Positions 11,209-24,170 of a stretch of DNA of 64,000 bases are shown piece by piece; positions within the stretch are counted from its first letter, which is position 1; every line of letters begins with the position of its first letter. The position numbers were made by a program, and so were the translations under genes. Source of the DNA: Tricharina praecox (lineage: Eukaryota); the NCBI RefSeq assembly GCF_024521635.1, contig NW_026250438.1, positions 62,001 through 126,000 of the forward strand, written 5' to 3'. The notes beneath the pieces were generated by a model, which saw only the letters and a program-made list of their open reading frames with translations, did no database searches and was not told the DNA's origin.

Positions 11209-11750
11209 GGCCCTGTTCGCGCACCCATTATCTCATCCTGCTACCACACAAATTTGAAAACCATTTTTCTACTCCTAATTTGCGGTGGCAGGTGTTCGCT
11301 ACAACCCATTATCTCACCCATTGTGTCAAGTTGGGCTGCGCCACAATAAAAAAAGGGGGGGGGAGTCTCCAACCTCAACCTCAACCACTACCATCACCAC
11401 GATAATTCAACAATTGGAACAGCAAAAAAAACATTGAAGAGATCGGACAAGTGTTTACTACTGCCTTGGCAGGAAACTTGATTCCTCGGCAGAATTTGGA
11501 ACTTCTAGAAGCTGAAGACTATGGAATCGATGGGCTTTATTACAAGTGTCATCCGGGAAGCATTGCAAGAGTCAATCAACTCACACAGTTACAGTCATTG
11601 AAAGAATGACTCTAGTCACCAAGTAGGAATGACTGAGTAAATCCGCGAGACTCCCAGCCATTTTTCCATTGCATTCGAGGCTGAGGACACGTTCGCGCTA
11701 CAAGCTTGGCACATCCACATAATGAGATAATGGTGTGCGCGAACAGGGCC
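11209..11750. mobile_element. Non-autonomous TIR element (MITE), PIF/Harbinger (Tourist)-like, 542 bp, 3-bp TSD TAG
   Basis: TIRs GGCCCTGTTCGCGCACCCATTATCTCAT / ATGAGATAATGGTGTGCGCGAACAGGGCC (one indel). TAG lies on both flanks (11206-11208, 11751-11753). A subterminal TIR-like copy sits near 11293-11317. AT-richer interior with no long ORF. Confidence 0.88.
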
Positions 11751-12679
11751 TAGTACTCTATGTACCTGGTGTGTATGTACATACCTGGTATGTATGTACC
11801 CAGCTATCTACAGGCTTAACTACAGCACGTCGGCTGGCTGTGTCGGCGAAACGACGTGCGCATGTAGATATTTGACTATATAGGCAGTTGCCTTAGCTCC
11901 TCGGTTGCAACGCCGGTCCTAGTAACTCACTCCACAGTACCCAAGTAGGAAGTAGGTAAGTACTTGTAATTAGTAGACAACACGCGCAGCACGCGCAGAG
12001 CGCTACGGGTACTCTACTTAGTAGTAAGTCCTCTAAGTTACTGATCTAGTATATAGTAGTATGCATCAAACACTCTATTCACTTCTTGATGAGCATTGAA
12101 CATCGCCTCCACCGTCGCGCCCGGGCGTGTGGCAGTTTGGCGGTTTGGCAGTTTGACCAGCTGCCCACCTAGTTACGGTACTAACTATCCGTATCCGCAA
12201 ACAGCCAGTTTGAACGGTGCAGTTGTGGTAGGTAGGTAGCCTCTTGCCTCTGGTTTGGTGGGCGTGGTGGCAGGTGCTAACAGGAAATCTTAATACAGGT
12301 TGTGGGTGCTAAACACGAGCACTAAACTGCGCATTTCACAGAAGCAGGAATAGGAAGTAGGCACCAAGTAGTATATTGCTGCTGGCGAGATTCGAGAATA
12401 CCGGTATATACTCTACCGCGCCACACTCCGCCACGTGATCCCTCGTTTGCCGGTTGGACGGTGTGGCCGGTTCAGTCAACTTTCGCCGGATTTCGAACCG
12501 GTACATACAAACCAACTACTGCTTAGTGTGCAGTGTGCGGTGGCACTCGCCCACCTGCGAAAATCGACAGGCGGTGCAATAACAAGCGATGTGGAACATA
12601 CCGTGGTGCGCATCGCCCCCATCGCCGCCGTAGTGGTGGTGTACATCGGCAGATGGTGGTTCGTCGGCTGCCGCCTGCT

Positions 12680-12960
12680 GTCCTCAGCGGAGCAACGCAT
12701 GCTAAGTTGCTAACTACCTATCATATCATACATACTACCGTACTCCACCACCGTATATCTGCATGAAGGCGAGCTAATCCCGCAGGCACCACCCGTTACC
12801 TACCGTAGTACCTACATACCTACTTCCTTCTGAGGTATGTACTCTACACGGGCGGTTGTCTTGAGCACGCGCAGAGCATGCTACATAGTAGCTACTATAC
12901 ATACTCCGCGTATATCTGCATGGACTCATAGAGGGGAGAGAATCCCGCAGGCACCACCAC
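12680..12960. repeat. Degenerate ~160-bp tandem duplication
   Basis: GCATGCTA...CATACT...CGTATATCTGCATG...AATCCCGCAGGCACCACC occurs twice (core blocks ~12752-12793 and ~12909-12958). Confidence 0.6.
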
Positions 12961-13871
12961 CACCACCACTTTGGGATACACAGGGCTCACTCCGTGTCAC
13001 CACATTTGCAGGGAGTGAGTGCAATACTATATATCACGACCCTTCGCTGGATGTGCGACCGGCTCGAGCGTGTCAAGAGCCGGACTTTGACGGGGTGCCC
13101 CCCCGCGGGCTGCCGGCTGCCTAGGAAAGGAGACGAGCGGAAACAAGAGATGGGGGCTGCCTGGGAAAGGAGGCGAGGTGAGGGAAAAGGCACGATGGAG
13201 ATTTGCGAGGAACCGAATAGGTAGATCCAAATCACGCCGGAATGCACATCAGCCTATGAGACCGGGTGTGGAAGGGGCATTCGAGTGGAATGTCGACCGC
13301 TGACTCGCGGAGCGCGCGGGGTAGTTCTGCACATACCAAAGAGCTACTATGGTACTTACTGTACCTCGGAATAATCATCGAACGGAGCGAATCGATCAAT
13401 CAATCAGAGTAGATAATCCATGTAACTGATCCACGCAATCGAAATAACGCTTTTCTTAATGTCTCACGGCGCCACACTCATGTCGTATTCCACTGAACTG
13501 AGATGCACATGGTCTTCTTCCGCACCACCAGTAACCAGTTACAATTGCCCCGGTCATGCATAGGGACTGCCAACTGCCACCCAATCAGCTGCCGGAATGT
13601 GTGGTAGCTGGTTTGTCCTCCACAGTACTCCATCATGCCACCCCTCCCCACCCCCCAAGGTCGAGATTGGGTTGTTTTGTTTTGTGGGTGTCCTCCCCGT
13701 CCTGTCCTGTCCCTGTCGTCCCCGTCACTGTCCGCCCGAACGAACGATCAACCTCCCTCGAGGCGGTTTTCACATACACTACATAATCCCACCTGAAACC
13801 TACATCCCCGCCCAGCATACGTTAACTCACCAAAAAAAACCCGCCCAACATTTCGAAGTTCGATTCCGAGT

Positions 13872-16210
13872 ATGGGGAGAGCGCTAGGTCTCGTCGCTGC
13901 GCTCCTTGCCGCGGCAACAACTGGCGTCAGAGGACAGCAGTATGATCCGCGTACCGACTTCTGTCGACGGTTTAGTCACGAAGGTTAGCTCCATTTCCCC
14001 CCTCGCTCCCTCTGCCTCCGAAGTTGGTTCCGATGCTGATCAGACGTGTATAGCGGCCGTTCTGGGCGATAGGTTATACATCGACGGCGGCCAACTCAAT
14101 CTCGCTGGAAAGGGCGGAAAGAACTTTACCAGTCAGCCCCCCGTCCTTCGTACACACATGCGATCCTTTTGGACGACCGAGGGCCGGTTGGTTAACGCAG
14201 CGTCCCCCAGATGACCGATTACTATGGCACGACCTTACGCAGACGAAGTTGGACGGCAAAGACATCGAGATGCCAGTGCTGATGACGAACCTCAGCAAGC
14301 CTGACGAGGTGCCGTCAGTGATCGGCGGGATCCTGTGGGCGGACCAAGCGAACGGACGGCTATTTCAGTACGGCGGCGAGTGGCCGGAGCCGGGCGTGCC
14401 GGATGAGCAGTTCGATCTGTGGACGTACGACACGTATAACGACAGCTGGGCGAAGCGGGAGGTGGCGCGGGACATCATGCGGCTGTCGTTCGGAGCGGGC
14501 ATGGCGGTCGAGGAGAGCGGGAAGGGATACTACCTTGGCGGCTGGATGAGCAGTCGCAGCGATATCAACTGGCGCGCGCCGAAGTTGGCTAGCAACAGGA
14601 TGGTCGAATACGACTTTGTCGCAGATACTTGGCAGAATAGCACCGGGCCAGACGATAAGGCGGGACGTGCGGAAGGCGCAATGTTCTATATTCCCGCGGG
14701 CGATAAGGGCATGCTGGCGCATTTCGGAGGTGTGCGGATAGCGGACAAGGATGGTGCGGAGGAGGAGCCGGTAGGTTTTTGTGTTGCGCTTGCTTCCTCC
14801 GGTTGTCATCCGGCGGGGGACTGACTGACTGACTGACTGACTGACTGTTTCTTTTGAGTACAGGCCTCGATGGCCGTCATAGGTACGATCGACACGCAAG
14901 ATTCCTCTGGTATCGATGGGGAGGCTGACGAAACGTACCTACAGATCTTTACGACTTGGCCAGCGGAAGATGGTACACACAGAACGCGACTGGTGATATT
15001 CCCGAATCGCGGCGACGATTCTGCGGAGGCGTCGCACACGCGCAAGATCGGTCCAGCTCGAACATGTGCGACTTTTCTTCCCTTTCACACCTGCTTTTTT
15101 GGTGTCTATTTTTGGCACAAGCTTATCGATGATTCGATGTACCCAGATATATCTACGGCGGCCTCGGCTTCGGTGCGAACTCAACCGGCTACGACGATGT
15201 CCACATCCTGACGATCCCCACATTCCAGTGGATCAAGGTCTTCCCCGGCAAGGGCGTGGTGGTGCAAGAGAAGGATAAATACCCGCACTACGACCTCTCG
15301 TGCTCCGTCGTCAAGAACTCGCAGCTCCTGATCATCGGCGGGCAATTCCCCAAGGATCTGGACGCAAACAACGTACGTACCTGCCCTCCCAATTTCCATC
15401 CCCCTTACTCACGCCCCCTCCCCGCAGTGCGATGCCCAAGAAAAAGCCGGCGTACACAACCTGGTCATGTCCAAAGTCAACAAGGGCACGGAGTCTGTAT
15501 ACTGGGAAGTATTCGACCCCGAGCGGTCGGTGTACACCGTTCCGGACGACATCCTCGACGTGATCGGTGGCGACGCGCAGGGCCACGCCGCAGTAAAATC
15601 CCCCAAGAACAACTTCGAATTCAACGACGTTGAGGTTCTTTTCCGGCGGACGTACGCTCCGGCGGCACGCACCCCGACCCGCACCGCGCCCGCCGCGTTC
15701 GCCACCTCCACGTCCGCGTCCAGCGCCAAATCCACCGACGACTCGGGCGCGTTTGCCACGCCCGCGAAGCAAGCCACAATCCTCGTCCCGACCATAATCG
15801 GCATCGCATTACTCGCCGGACTGGGTTTCTTCCTATTCCGGCGCCGCCGCCAAAACGCCGCGTCCCGCCCCGCCGAGGAGCCGCCAGGCTACAAGCCGTA
15901 CAACTCCGCGGCGGCCGAGAGCGTCGTCACGAGCTCTTACACGCCCACAGGCACCTTCAACGGCTACCAGCCGCCGTACCCGCCGCCACCGCCCTTGATG
16001 GGCTACGATACCACCGGCAACGGGTACAGTGATGCTGGCGCCCAACTTAGCCCTCCGCCGCCGCAGGAGCTGCCGCAACACGGTTGGAGGTCTCCGGAGC
16101 CTATGAGTATTCGTAGTCCTGTGCCGGGACACTACCCGCCGCCGCTGCTGGAGGGGCTGACGGAGGCAAGGAGTCCGGGCCCGGGACAGGAGATGAAGGA
16201 GCGGCGCTGA
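13872..16210 (+). CDS. Secreted kelch/galactose-oxidase-like beta-propeller, type I membrane protein (multi-exon)
   Basis: Signal peptide MGRALGLVAALLAAATTGVRG; DFCRRFSH, RLYIDGG, LFQYGG, GYYLGG, WYTQNATGDIPESRRRFCGG, IYIYGG; S/T-rich stalk; TM ILVPTIIGIALLAGLGFFLF followed by RRRR; Pro-rich tail; GT-AG introns. Confidence 0.85.
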
Positions 16211-17049
16211 ATCGCTGACGATATGTTTTCGGAGGGGTTAATGGTCGGATTTCTGCGGGTTTCGTTGGGCGTTTTGAATTTTTCTTAACGGTGGTGAGTG
16301 TGTGGCGAGCGTTGTTGGAAGTACCTATAAGAGAAGAATCGAAAAAAAGAATACATAATGGTATCGTGTGGACGATCGGACTAAGCACGAGTGACTGGTC
16401 ATGCAGACACGGTGAACGGTCAATCCCACGCCGGAATCGAGCTGGCTGTTTTAGTCCAGCGGCTCCAGGGAGGCCCAATCGAGGCTAGGAAGATGTTCTG
16501 TGTGGATCGCGGTGCCGGGTGATGTAAATACTTCGAATTCTGGCCGCACGTAATCGATGATGAATTAAACCCCAAGTGACCATGTCCGTTTCCATGTCCC
16601 CATTGCTGCCAGAGATGACTATTCGATACCTGCATTCCCTCCTTCCACCATCTGGCATCCGCCGCACCGCCCAACGCCGCCGACGAGCGTATTCCGGGAT
16701 TCGGGCTGGTCGGCTCCGGGCTGGAGGTCCGAGTGATATCTGTGAATATTGTGGGCGGTGATGGGTAGTGACCGAGTGGCGGATGAACGGCTTTTAACTA
16801 TGTGCGGGTGTGCACTATAGTCATTGGTACCTGAATCGAGTACTGGTACTGGCTTGCTGCTTGCTGGTAAATATCGGTTGGATGTCACTCGGTGCCACTT
16901 CGGCCTTCCGGGCTATCGGCATTGGGCGCCGGTCAGTACTACGGAGGGTACGGGTGCTTTGAGGTGGAGGTAAGGCGGACCCCGCCTTTCTTTCTGTCTT
17001 TCGTTTTTTTCTTTTCTTTCTTGTCGGTGTTGAACGGTGAGGGCTGGGT

Positions 17050-17183
17050 GGAGAGCAATAGCGAACTGGTAACGAGCTCGCGGCCAGCGGTCGGTGACAG
17101 TGGGGTGGAAACGAATACCGGTATGCATCTACCCATGATCTACCAAGCTCGAATGCAATGATGATTAAACAAAGAAAAAACCG
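17050..17183. repeat. Family A repeat fragment, copy 3
   Basis: GGAGAGCAATAGCGAAC...CGAGCTCGCGGCCAGCGGTC...CCATGATCTACC...GAATGCAATGATGATTAAACA matches 3720-3815 and 7648-7770. Confidence 0.7.
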
Positions 17184-17417
17184 GGTACTCTGAAGACTGG
17201 ATGGATTGGTTTTTGGTCACGAGGAACGATTTCGGATAGAAACTATAAATTAACCGCCACACCCCCCTCCCCCGCTAACTAATAGACGAACCCACCAGTG
17301 GCTCATATATACAACCCCCTCACTCTCACTCTCCTTCCCCTCCCCTTTCTACCCCGCACATCCACTTCCTCCCCATCCCCATCCCCTCCCCTAGACTTCC
17401 TCTACTACTCCGCGCAC

Positions 17418-18416
17418 TTAGAACTTGAGGGTGGCACCGGCAGCACCGACGACGGCAGCCTTGACCTTAGTGGCGGCAACAGCAGTGTAGGAGTAAGGCG
17501 CCTTGGTGAAGGTACCCTTTGAGGCGGTAGCGGCCACACCGCCAAAGTCGTTGCCAGTGTTGACAGCGTAGCCAGCGTCGGTGGAGTAGAGGGTCTTCTT
17601 GCTGCCGACGAAGACGTTGTTCTCGACGAGGAGCTGGGCGCCCTGGCGGGTGTTGATGCCGTCGGAGACGGCGTTGTAGTAGTTGTTAAACAAGTGGCCG
17701 GTGCCGAAGCGGAACGACGGACCGCGCGAGTTGATGTTCTGGAAGTAGTTGTAGCCGTAGGTGATGCGCAGGTGGCCCTTGTCCTCGCTGCCGTTGCTGT
17801 CGGAGTGCCCGACGAGAGACGCCTTGTAGTGGTCGTGGATGAAGCAGTACGAGATGGTCACGTAGTCGGCGGCGTGGGTCAGGTCGAGGAGGCCGTCGTA
17901 GTAGTCCTTGTCGTGTGAGAGATCGCTGGAGAGGTCGACGTGGTCGATCCAGACGTTGGTGGACTTCTGGACGGCGAGGGCGTCACCGGACGAGGCGAGG
18001 ACCTTCTTGATGGTCAGGTTGCGGATGATGACGTTCGAGGCCGACTTAACGATCAAGCCAACACCGTTGAGGACGACGCTGGACGAGGCGCCAAGAATGG
18101 TCTTGTCGCTGGCGACCTTCACCGACTCGGTGCCGGTGATGGAGCTCGTGATGATGATGATCGACTTGCCAGAGGCTTTGGCGGCCGTCTTGAGCGCGGC
18201 GAGGGTAGAGACCTTGACGGTCGTACCTCCGGATCCTCCGGTGGTTCCTGGGCATGGTTAGTGGTTGCGAATTGAAGAGATAGATGGGGGAAATAAACCT
18301 CCGTTCATGGTGGCATAGCCCCAAGGAGCTGCGTCGGCGGCGGCAGCACGCTTGGCAATGGGACCGGCGATGGCGGTCACCGCAAGGGTGAGAACAGTGA
18401 AGATGGAAAACTTCAT
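17418..18416 (-). CDS. plyA: Pectate lyase, PL1 family (secreted, one intron 18248-18298)
   Basis: Signal peptide MKFSIFTVLTLAVTAIA; GYATMNGGTTGG, VASDKTILG, NVIIRNL, GDAL, NVWIDH, YYDGLLD, RGPSFRFGTGHLFNNYY, QLLVENNVF. The symbol is by family resemblance only. Confidence 0.93.
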
Positions 18417-19766
18417 GGTGATTTTTTCGGATGGATGAAACGAAAGGTGAGTTATTGGAATGAGAGAGTGAATAAACTGGATGGCCCTGCCGAAAGAATA
18501 GGATGAAGACTGAAAAGAAAGACTAGCTTCCGCTGTAGCTCTGTGGATAGGAAGGAAGGAATGTGTTGCGAGCGAGTGAACTGGAGAAAAAAGATATTTG
18601 GAACGGGCTGTTGCGGCCCTCTTTATGTCTGCATCGTCGTGGTGGGGAACAGAAGTCGGGTGACCGCCGAACACCGAAGGCGACGGTCCGTGCTGCCCTC
18701 TCGGGCCAATTCACAACGGGGCTTTGGTCGTCGGTTGCTTCCGGTTCAATCAGCAGAGCTCGGCTACGTCAATAGGTGTATAGTCGAAACGCTTGGCGAG
18801 TGTTCTGTCTACCTGCGGCCTCCAGCCCTGCTTCTAACCCACAACGATAACCGACCTTCACGCCATCCGAACCGACGAAACACTTCACCCTACGCGACAG
18901 ACTGGTTAGCTCCCGGAGAATACCTAGTACATACCTAGCACGTAAGCCTTAGAATAGCACCGTGGCGATCCGAGATGGCAGGACATTGGCATCTGCGGCT
19001 ATATGACATGGTGTTACCAGGATCGCGGCTATTCTCCCCCCGGCAAGCCACGCCACAGTGAGCCAACGGCCCGCCAACAGCCTTCGCGAGCACTAAAGCA
19101 GAAACGCCGGCTCCGATCGGGCGCCATCCGATGCGACTGGCGAGGCATCATTGACCTCATTTTCGTACGTCCCGGCTGAAAAGTCTTAGTAGGGGCCGAG
19201 AGTACTATATGCTCGCAAGGCACGGAAAGGGCCGAGAGTACTATACGTGCTCTCAACGCTCCGTGATAGGCAATTCCCCCGCGACGGAAACGGAATATCC
19301 TTCCTCCGAGACCCATATCCAGTGACGGCGAAGAGGGCCTCAACTATTTCGCCGACGCATGTGGGAGCGAAATCTAGGCCTAAGGTCGGTAAAACGATGC
19401 CCCGGGTTTCCAACTCTATGCACCTGTACCTGTAATTCCGGGCTTTGGGTCCTATGCTTAAGCTTGCACTTTGGATGTTCCCGTACCGAGCTGGCGGATG
19501 TCGCCTGCGGATGTTGCCGCTTCTGGGCACAGGCGAATCAAGTAAGTTCAGCCGGCGTCGGGTCTGTGAACGCCTTCTGGAAGTACTCTATATTCGGGAT
19601 ATGTCGGCGATGGGAGCATCACATCGCGAGATCTGATACTCTAAGTGGGGCCAGCAAGTTCAGCCGTGGAGATTTCACCCGGTCGGTCGACCAGTCGGCG
19701 GTTAGTTACGAGAAAACAACGACATATTGCTCAATCTTGACAACAGCACCCATTTCCTTCCTTCTA

Positions 19767-20815
19767 CTAGTAGTACTCCTCCGGTTTGCGGCCGTATGCC
19801 ACATACCTTCTTCGTCAGCACCAACACCGTCTTCTGCTCTTCTTCTCGGAGGGAAACCCACATGTATCCATATACGTGAACCCTCTTGTTCCTGACCGCC
19901 TCCAGCGCATCTTTACACAACTTCAAGGCGTCTTCATTCTCCATCCCCAGAATCCTCGTCAAGAATGCCATTCCGTACGCTTCATACCCCGTTTCGCACT
20001 TCCACTCGGTCAGCCTCCACCGTAAGTTGCCCTTCGGGCAGGAACCACCCACACTCAGCAGACACATCGCGCCAATTCTCTTCAACCGCTTTTCCTTTGG
20101 CCAGAGCCCGACGGGCTGCTTGTACTTGAACACCTCGACGTCGACGAAGCCGGCGTCCTCCAGGTACCTCATCATGGCCGAGAGCCTAGCCACGGGGCGG
20201 CCGATGCGCTCCAACGACTCTACCAGGCGGTCGCAGTAGATCTTGTTGCCGTCGTCGTTCTTCATGCTGCCGTCGTCGCAGTAGAGCGGAGGGGTGGACT
20301 CTACCAGCTCCACGTAGCCGCCGGGGACCATCGCGCTGTGGGGTTTGGGTGGGTTAGTTAATCGCAGTTTCAGTTTCGGGGGTCAATGGGGGCGGGGGGG
20401 GGGGGGGGGGGGGGGGGGGGGGAAACAGGTAGGCTTGTGACATCAGCCGCGGCCAGTCGCTGATGCTCTGCGCAAGGTTGCGGATGTGGATGAAGTCGAA
20501 ATAGTTCACGCTGTGCGTCCACTCTTTCTCCGTGTCGTCGACTTCGAAACTGCAGTTGGGCGGGACCCTTGGGGCGTTAGTACCCTGAGGTAACGCTGAC
20601 TCTGGTACTAGGAGTTACCATTTCGGTTGGATAGGACTACACGACCGCACTGGTCAGCCCTCTTCCCTCTCCTTTCACATCCTCTCACGGCACAGATCAC
20701 AACATACCTCAAGTCGATCCCCAAAACATTCGCCATGGGAAACTTATCGGCCATATCGATAGCCCAGATGCCGGTGCCAGTTCCGACGTCGAGGATCCTC
20801 TGCGGACTGATGGAT
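19767..20815 (-). pseudogene. LaeA-like SAM-dependent methyltransferase (Methyltransf_23), 5'-truncated
   Basis: Intact spliced exons [26 protein letters not shown] / SPIQPKW / VPPNCSFEVDD..DFIHIRNL..DWPRL / PGGYVE..DDGS..GFVDV..KQPVGLWPK / YVAYGRKP*. The N-terminal ENGRRYH..EQDRLD exons are absent, and an in-frame TAA lies 11 codons upstream of QRILD inside a tandem repeat. Confidence 0.75.
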
Positions 20816-21153
20816 GTATATTTTCGGTAGCGGAGTTACTCTGCACAGGGCCATTCAGGCTTCATCTGTGTGAAGACGTTATACGGAATGGGGGTTTGAA
20901 GGTCTGGTTTATGTTGATGGATAGGTATTTTTCGGTAGCGGATTTACTCTGGACAGGGCTATTCAGGCTCCAGCTAGGTATGTGAAGGAGTTGCCGACGG
21001 AATGGGGATTTGAAGGTCTCATTTATGCTGGTGGATATGTAGATCTTTTCTGTAGCGGATCTAGGTACTATGGGATCTGGGCAGGGCTATTCAGCTGTCT
21101 GAAGGAGTTTCCTGCCTAAACGGAACGGGTATTTGAAGGCCTTATTTGTGGTG
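20809..21153. repeat. Three degenerate tandem copies of a ~110-120-bp unit
   Basis: Unit G.TGGAT...TTTTC.GTAGCGGA...CAGGGC.ATTCAG...TGAAG...ACGGAA.GGG..TTTGAAGG at ~20809, ~20916 and ~21030. Confidence 0.85.
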
Positions 21154-21392
21154 ACGAATGGAGCGAGCGAGACCTGCCATTATCCAAAACCATCACTCGC
21201 CGCCTACATCACCCACCACCCGAAGCAATCCTCACACATTCACAGCACTACCAAAAACTGAGCGGGGTATCATCATTACTACACACATAGACCACCAAGC
21301 CACCAAGCCAGCAAGCCACCAAGGCAAATCCAAATACATATTACAAACGCCACCATCTAACCCTCTGTCCCCCCTCTCTCTCCCCACCTCCC

Positions 21393-23856
21393 CTACCCCC
21401 CCACACCCACACCCCTCAAAGCCCTCCTCTCCTCCACCTCCTCAAACCACCCCGTACAGACCTCGACAACGCCCTTAACCAGACCCTGCGCCGTATCCGG
21501 CAGCCCCTCATTCCCCCGTGCGATGCCACACATCGCGCGAACATTATCCACCACTTCGGCAATGACCTTTGCGGTCGCGTCGCGGGTGACGCCGGGCCCC
21601 GACGAGATCCGCGGGAAGCTTGGGTTATACAGGGCCAGTAGTAGGCGGGATAGGTAGTAGTACTGCATGGCTGTCGCGTGGTGCGGGAGTGCGTACTGTT
21701 TCTTGCGTTAGAGAACGGGGAAGAAGGGACGGGGGAGGGGGAGGGATGGTGCGTACCCATGTCTCGGGCCACCATTGCCCGCGGGCGCTGTCGCGCGGAA
21801 CGTGGTATAGGCGGTGGAAGCTGGGGGAGTGCAGAGCGTGCCAGTCCGCGACCTGTGTGTAGAGGCGCTCCCATAGGCTGTTGCTGCTGCCGCTGCCGTT
21901 GACGCTGAACGCGAAGGCGAGGATGTCTGCGGCAAGAAGCGTTATCGCGTTGGCGGGGGTGTAAGCGTCCGATCGGCTGTGTGAGAGTACGTGCTGGAGG
22001 TGCGAGTGGTGCGTGCTAACTGGGCGGCGCGCGAGGAAACTGCTGGTTATTTCTTGGCCTGAGAGGGGGGGAGGGTCAGCGGGAGGTGGAGGCGGGAGGG
22101 AGGAGGGGGGCTGCTAACGTAGGTGGATCCAGAAGCAGGCCGTGCGGAGGCTGTTGGCGGGGAGATCCTGCGGGGGAGGAGAACAGAATAGTAATGATGC
22201 ACGGGCTAGGTAGTCGCCGCCGACTTGTGCATCATCTTGCGTGGCTGTTCCGGTCAGTGAATGCCACACTATCAATGGGGATGGAGCACGAACTGTCGAA
22301 CTCCTCATACGTCCGCAGCAACAATGCCGTGGCCAGGAACGTTGGTTCAAGACTCCGACCGGCTGACTCGAGCGCGGGAATGAACTGCTTCAGGCACACC
22401 TGGTGGTAGTGACCTGCCACGCCCGGATCGTAGTCACTGGTATGTGTGAGATGTCGAGCGGCGAGTGCCAGCATGGCGCTCAACAGCATGGGATTGCTGG
22501 CGGACTCCAGTGGCACCACGGTTTGGAAGTGGTTTTTGCTGTCGTGAACATCATACTGTGCATCTACCCATCAGCGATCGACGGCGCCAAGCCAAGGATG
22601 GAGATGGAATGCCCCACCCATTTCCCCAAGTGCGTGATATAATGTCTCAGCAACACTGCATCCCGCCGATCTCCCAGCGGCCACCCCATCCTCTGCACCT
22701 CGTGGTCATCCTCATCCATGGGATCGTCGTACGTCTTCCTCGACGGCGGGGGCGATATCAACGGTCCCCTCTGCGGCGGAGGGATGAGAATATCCGACAG
22801 CGGCAGCCTTCTCGTTTCCATTCTCCGGCCAATGCTCGTATTCCCATCTCGGAATGAGTCCTCCATCGGATAGGCACTCTCAAACTCGCGAGGTGTAGGC
22901 TCGTCGATCGGAGAGTGCACCGCCGAGTTCCCACGGCTACCGCCATCACTCGGCGGAGAAGCTATCGATGCGGAGGGCGAGATCAGACTGCGGATTGCGA
23001 CCTGCCGGACGGCGCCGAAGGGCGTATTCGAATGCGGTGGCGGCGAGCCGACGGGGGAGAGTCCGCTATCGTAGTTGCGCGTTACATCGGGGGTCTCGTC
23101 CACGAAGGAGACTAACATTCGTCGTCAGCGGAGAGGATGGAGGCGCCGAGTGACGGGACATGATACAACATATGCCAAGTAGCCGAGAAGCCAGACATAT
23201 CGAGGCCAGGTTGCATACGCTCGATATGTTTTCCTCGGCCAGCTGCCTTGACACCTCGCACTCGCACGCGCACACTCGGAATCATCGGAGAACCAACCTT
23301 GGCCGAGGGTATCGCACCAGACCTGATCCCTCTCGAACCTGAACTCGCCGCCCTTGCCACCGGCCGCCCTGCCGCCGGCGGGCGGCTCCTCGCCGAGATC
23401 GGTGCCATAGCGAAACCGAACATTGTATCCGCGAACACACCTGCCGAAAAGAACAAAACACGAAACGACTTAGACGGTCGCGATCCACAGGTAGGGGGAA
23501 AAGGTTCACACAAGAAATTGGAACACACTCCCGATTGGCTCTTTGGCAGCGGCGGCACACGGGACGTTGCTCGTCGCCTGTGGAGGGGAGAGGTCCGTTA
23601 GTACACGACGATCGAATAACGGAGCGAACGGGGCCGAAAAAACACTTGCACCATCCATCGCTACCGCCGAAGCCGATCAACCGGCACTAAACGGAGGCGA
23701 AGGAAAGGGTGGGAGGGGCGGGGTGTGGACATACACTTCAGGTGACGAACGCGACAGCTCGTGCTGGAAACGTTAGGACTCACGACAGCAGGAAAAGCAC
23801 ACGCGGGTGGGGACAGCCTACCATCCGGTCCTTGTCCTTGGGGCAGTAGTTGTCAT
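21393..23856 (-). CDS. Zn(II)2Cys6 transcription factor with fungal-specific TF domain (multi-exon)
   Basis: Spliced N-terminus MTTTAPRTRTGC-TSCRVRHLKC-DEQRPVCRRCQRANREC gives all six Cys. Middle region LLRHYITHLGKW, NPMLLSAMLALAARHL, LATALLLRTYEE; C-terminal MQYYYLSRLLLALYNP...NVRAMCGIA. Confidence 0.88.
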
Positions 23857-24119
23857 GGTCTGGTTCAGTGGTGGCGGGCACACGCTCGGGGCCTTCTTCT
23901 TCTTTTCCTCTCGGGAATGGATGTCTGTCAAACGTATGTATGGGACGGGCGAATCGAAGGAAAGTGCAGGCGCGGAAATGAGCAGCAGAAGTGGATATGA
24001 AGAAAGAGTGACTCGGACAGTGACAGGACAGGACAGTGGAGCACACTCTCTCTGTGTGAGGAGAAGAGAAAAGTAAAGCTCTCCGCATCCATCCATCCAT
24101 CCATCCTCCACACGCAAGG

Positions 24120-24170
24120 CTCTCTTCTCTCTCTCTTCTCTCTCTCTCTCGCTCTCTCTCTCGCTCTCTC
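24120..24170. repeat. (CT)n microsatellite, preceded by (CATC)n, upstream of the TF
   Basis: Read directly from the sequence. Confidence 0.85.

Noticed and set aside
1..13000. Starship or other giant transposon carrying the HET gene
   Set aside because: No DUF3435 tyrosine-recombinase captain or boundary motif is visible in this window; this cannot be excluded upstream of position 1.
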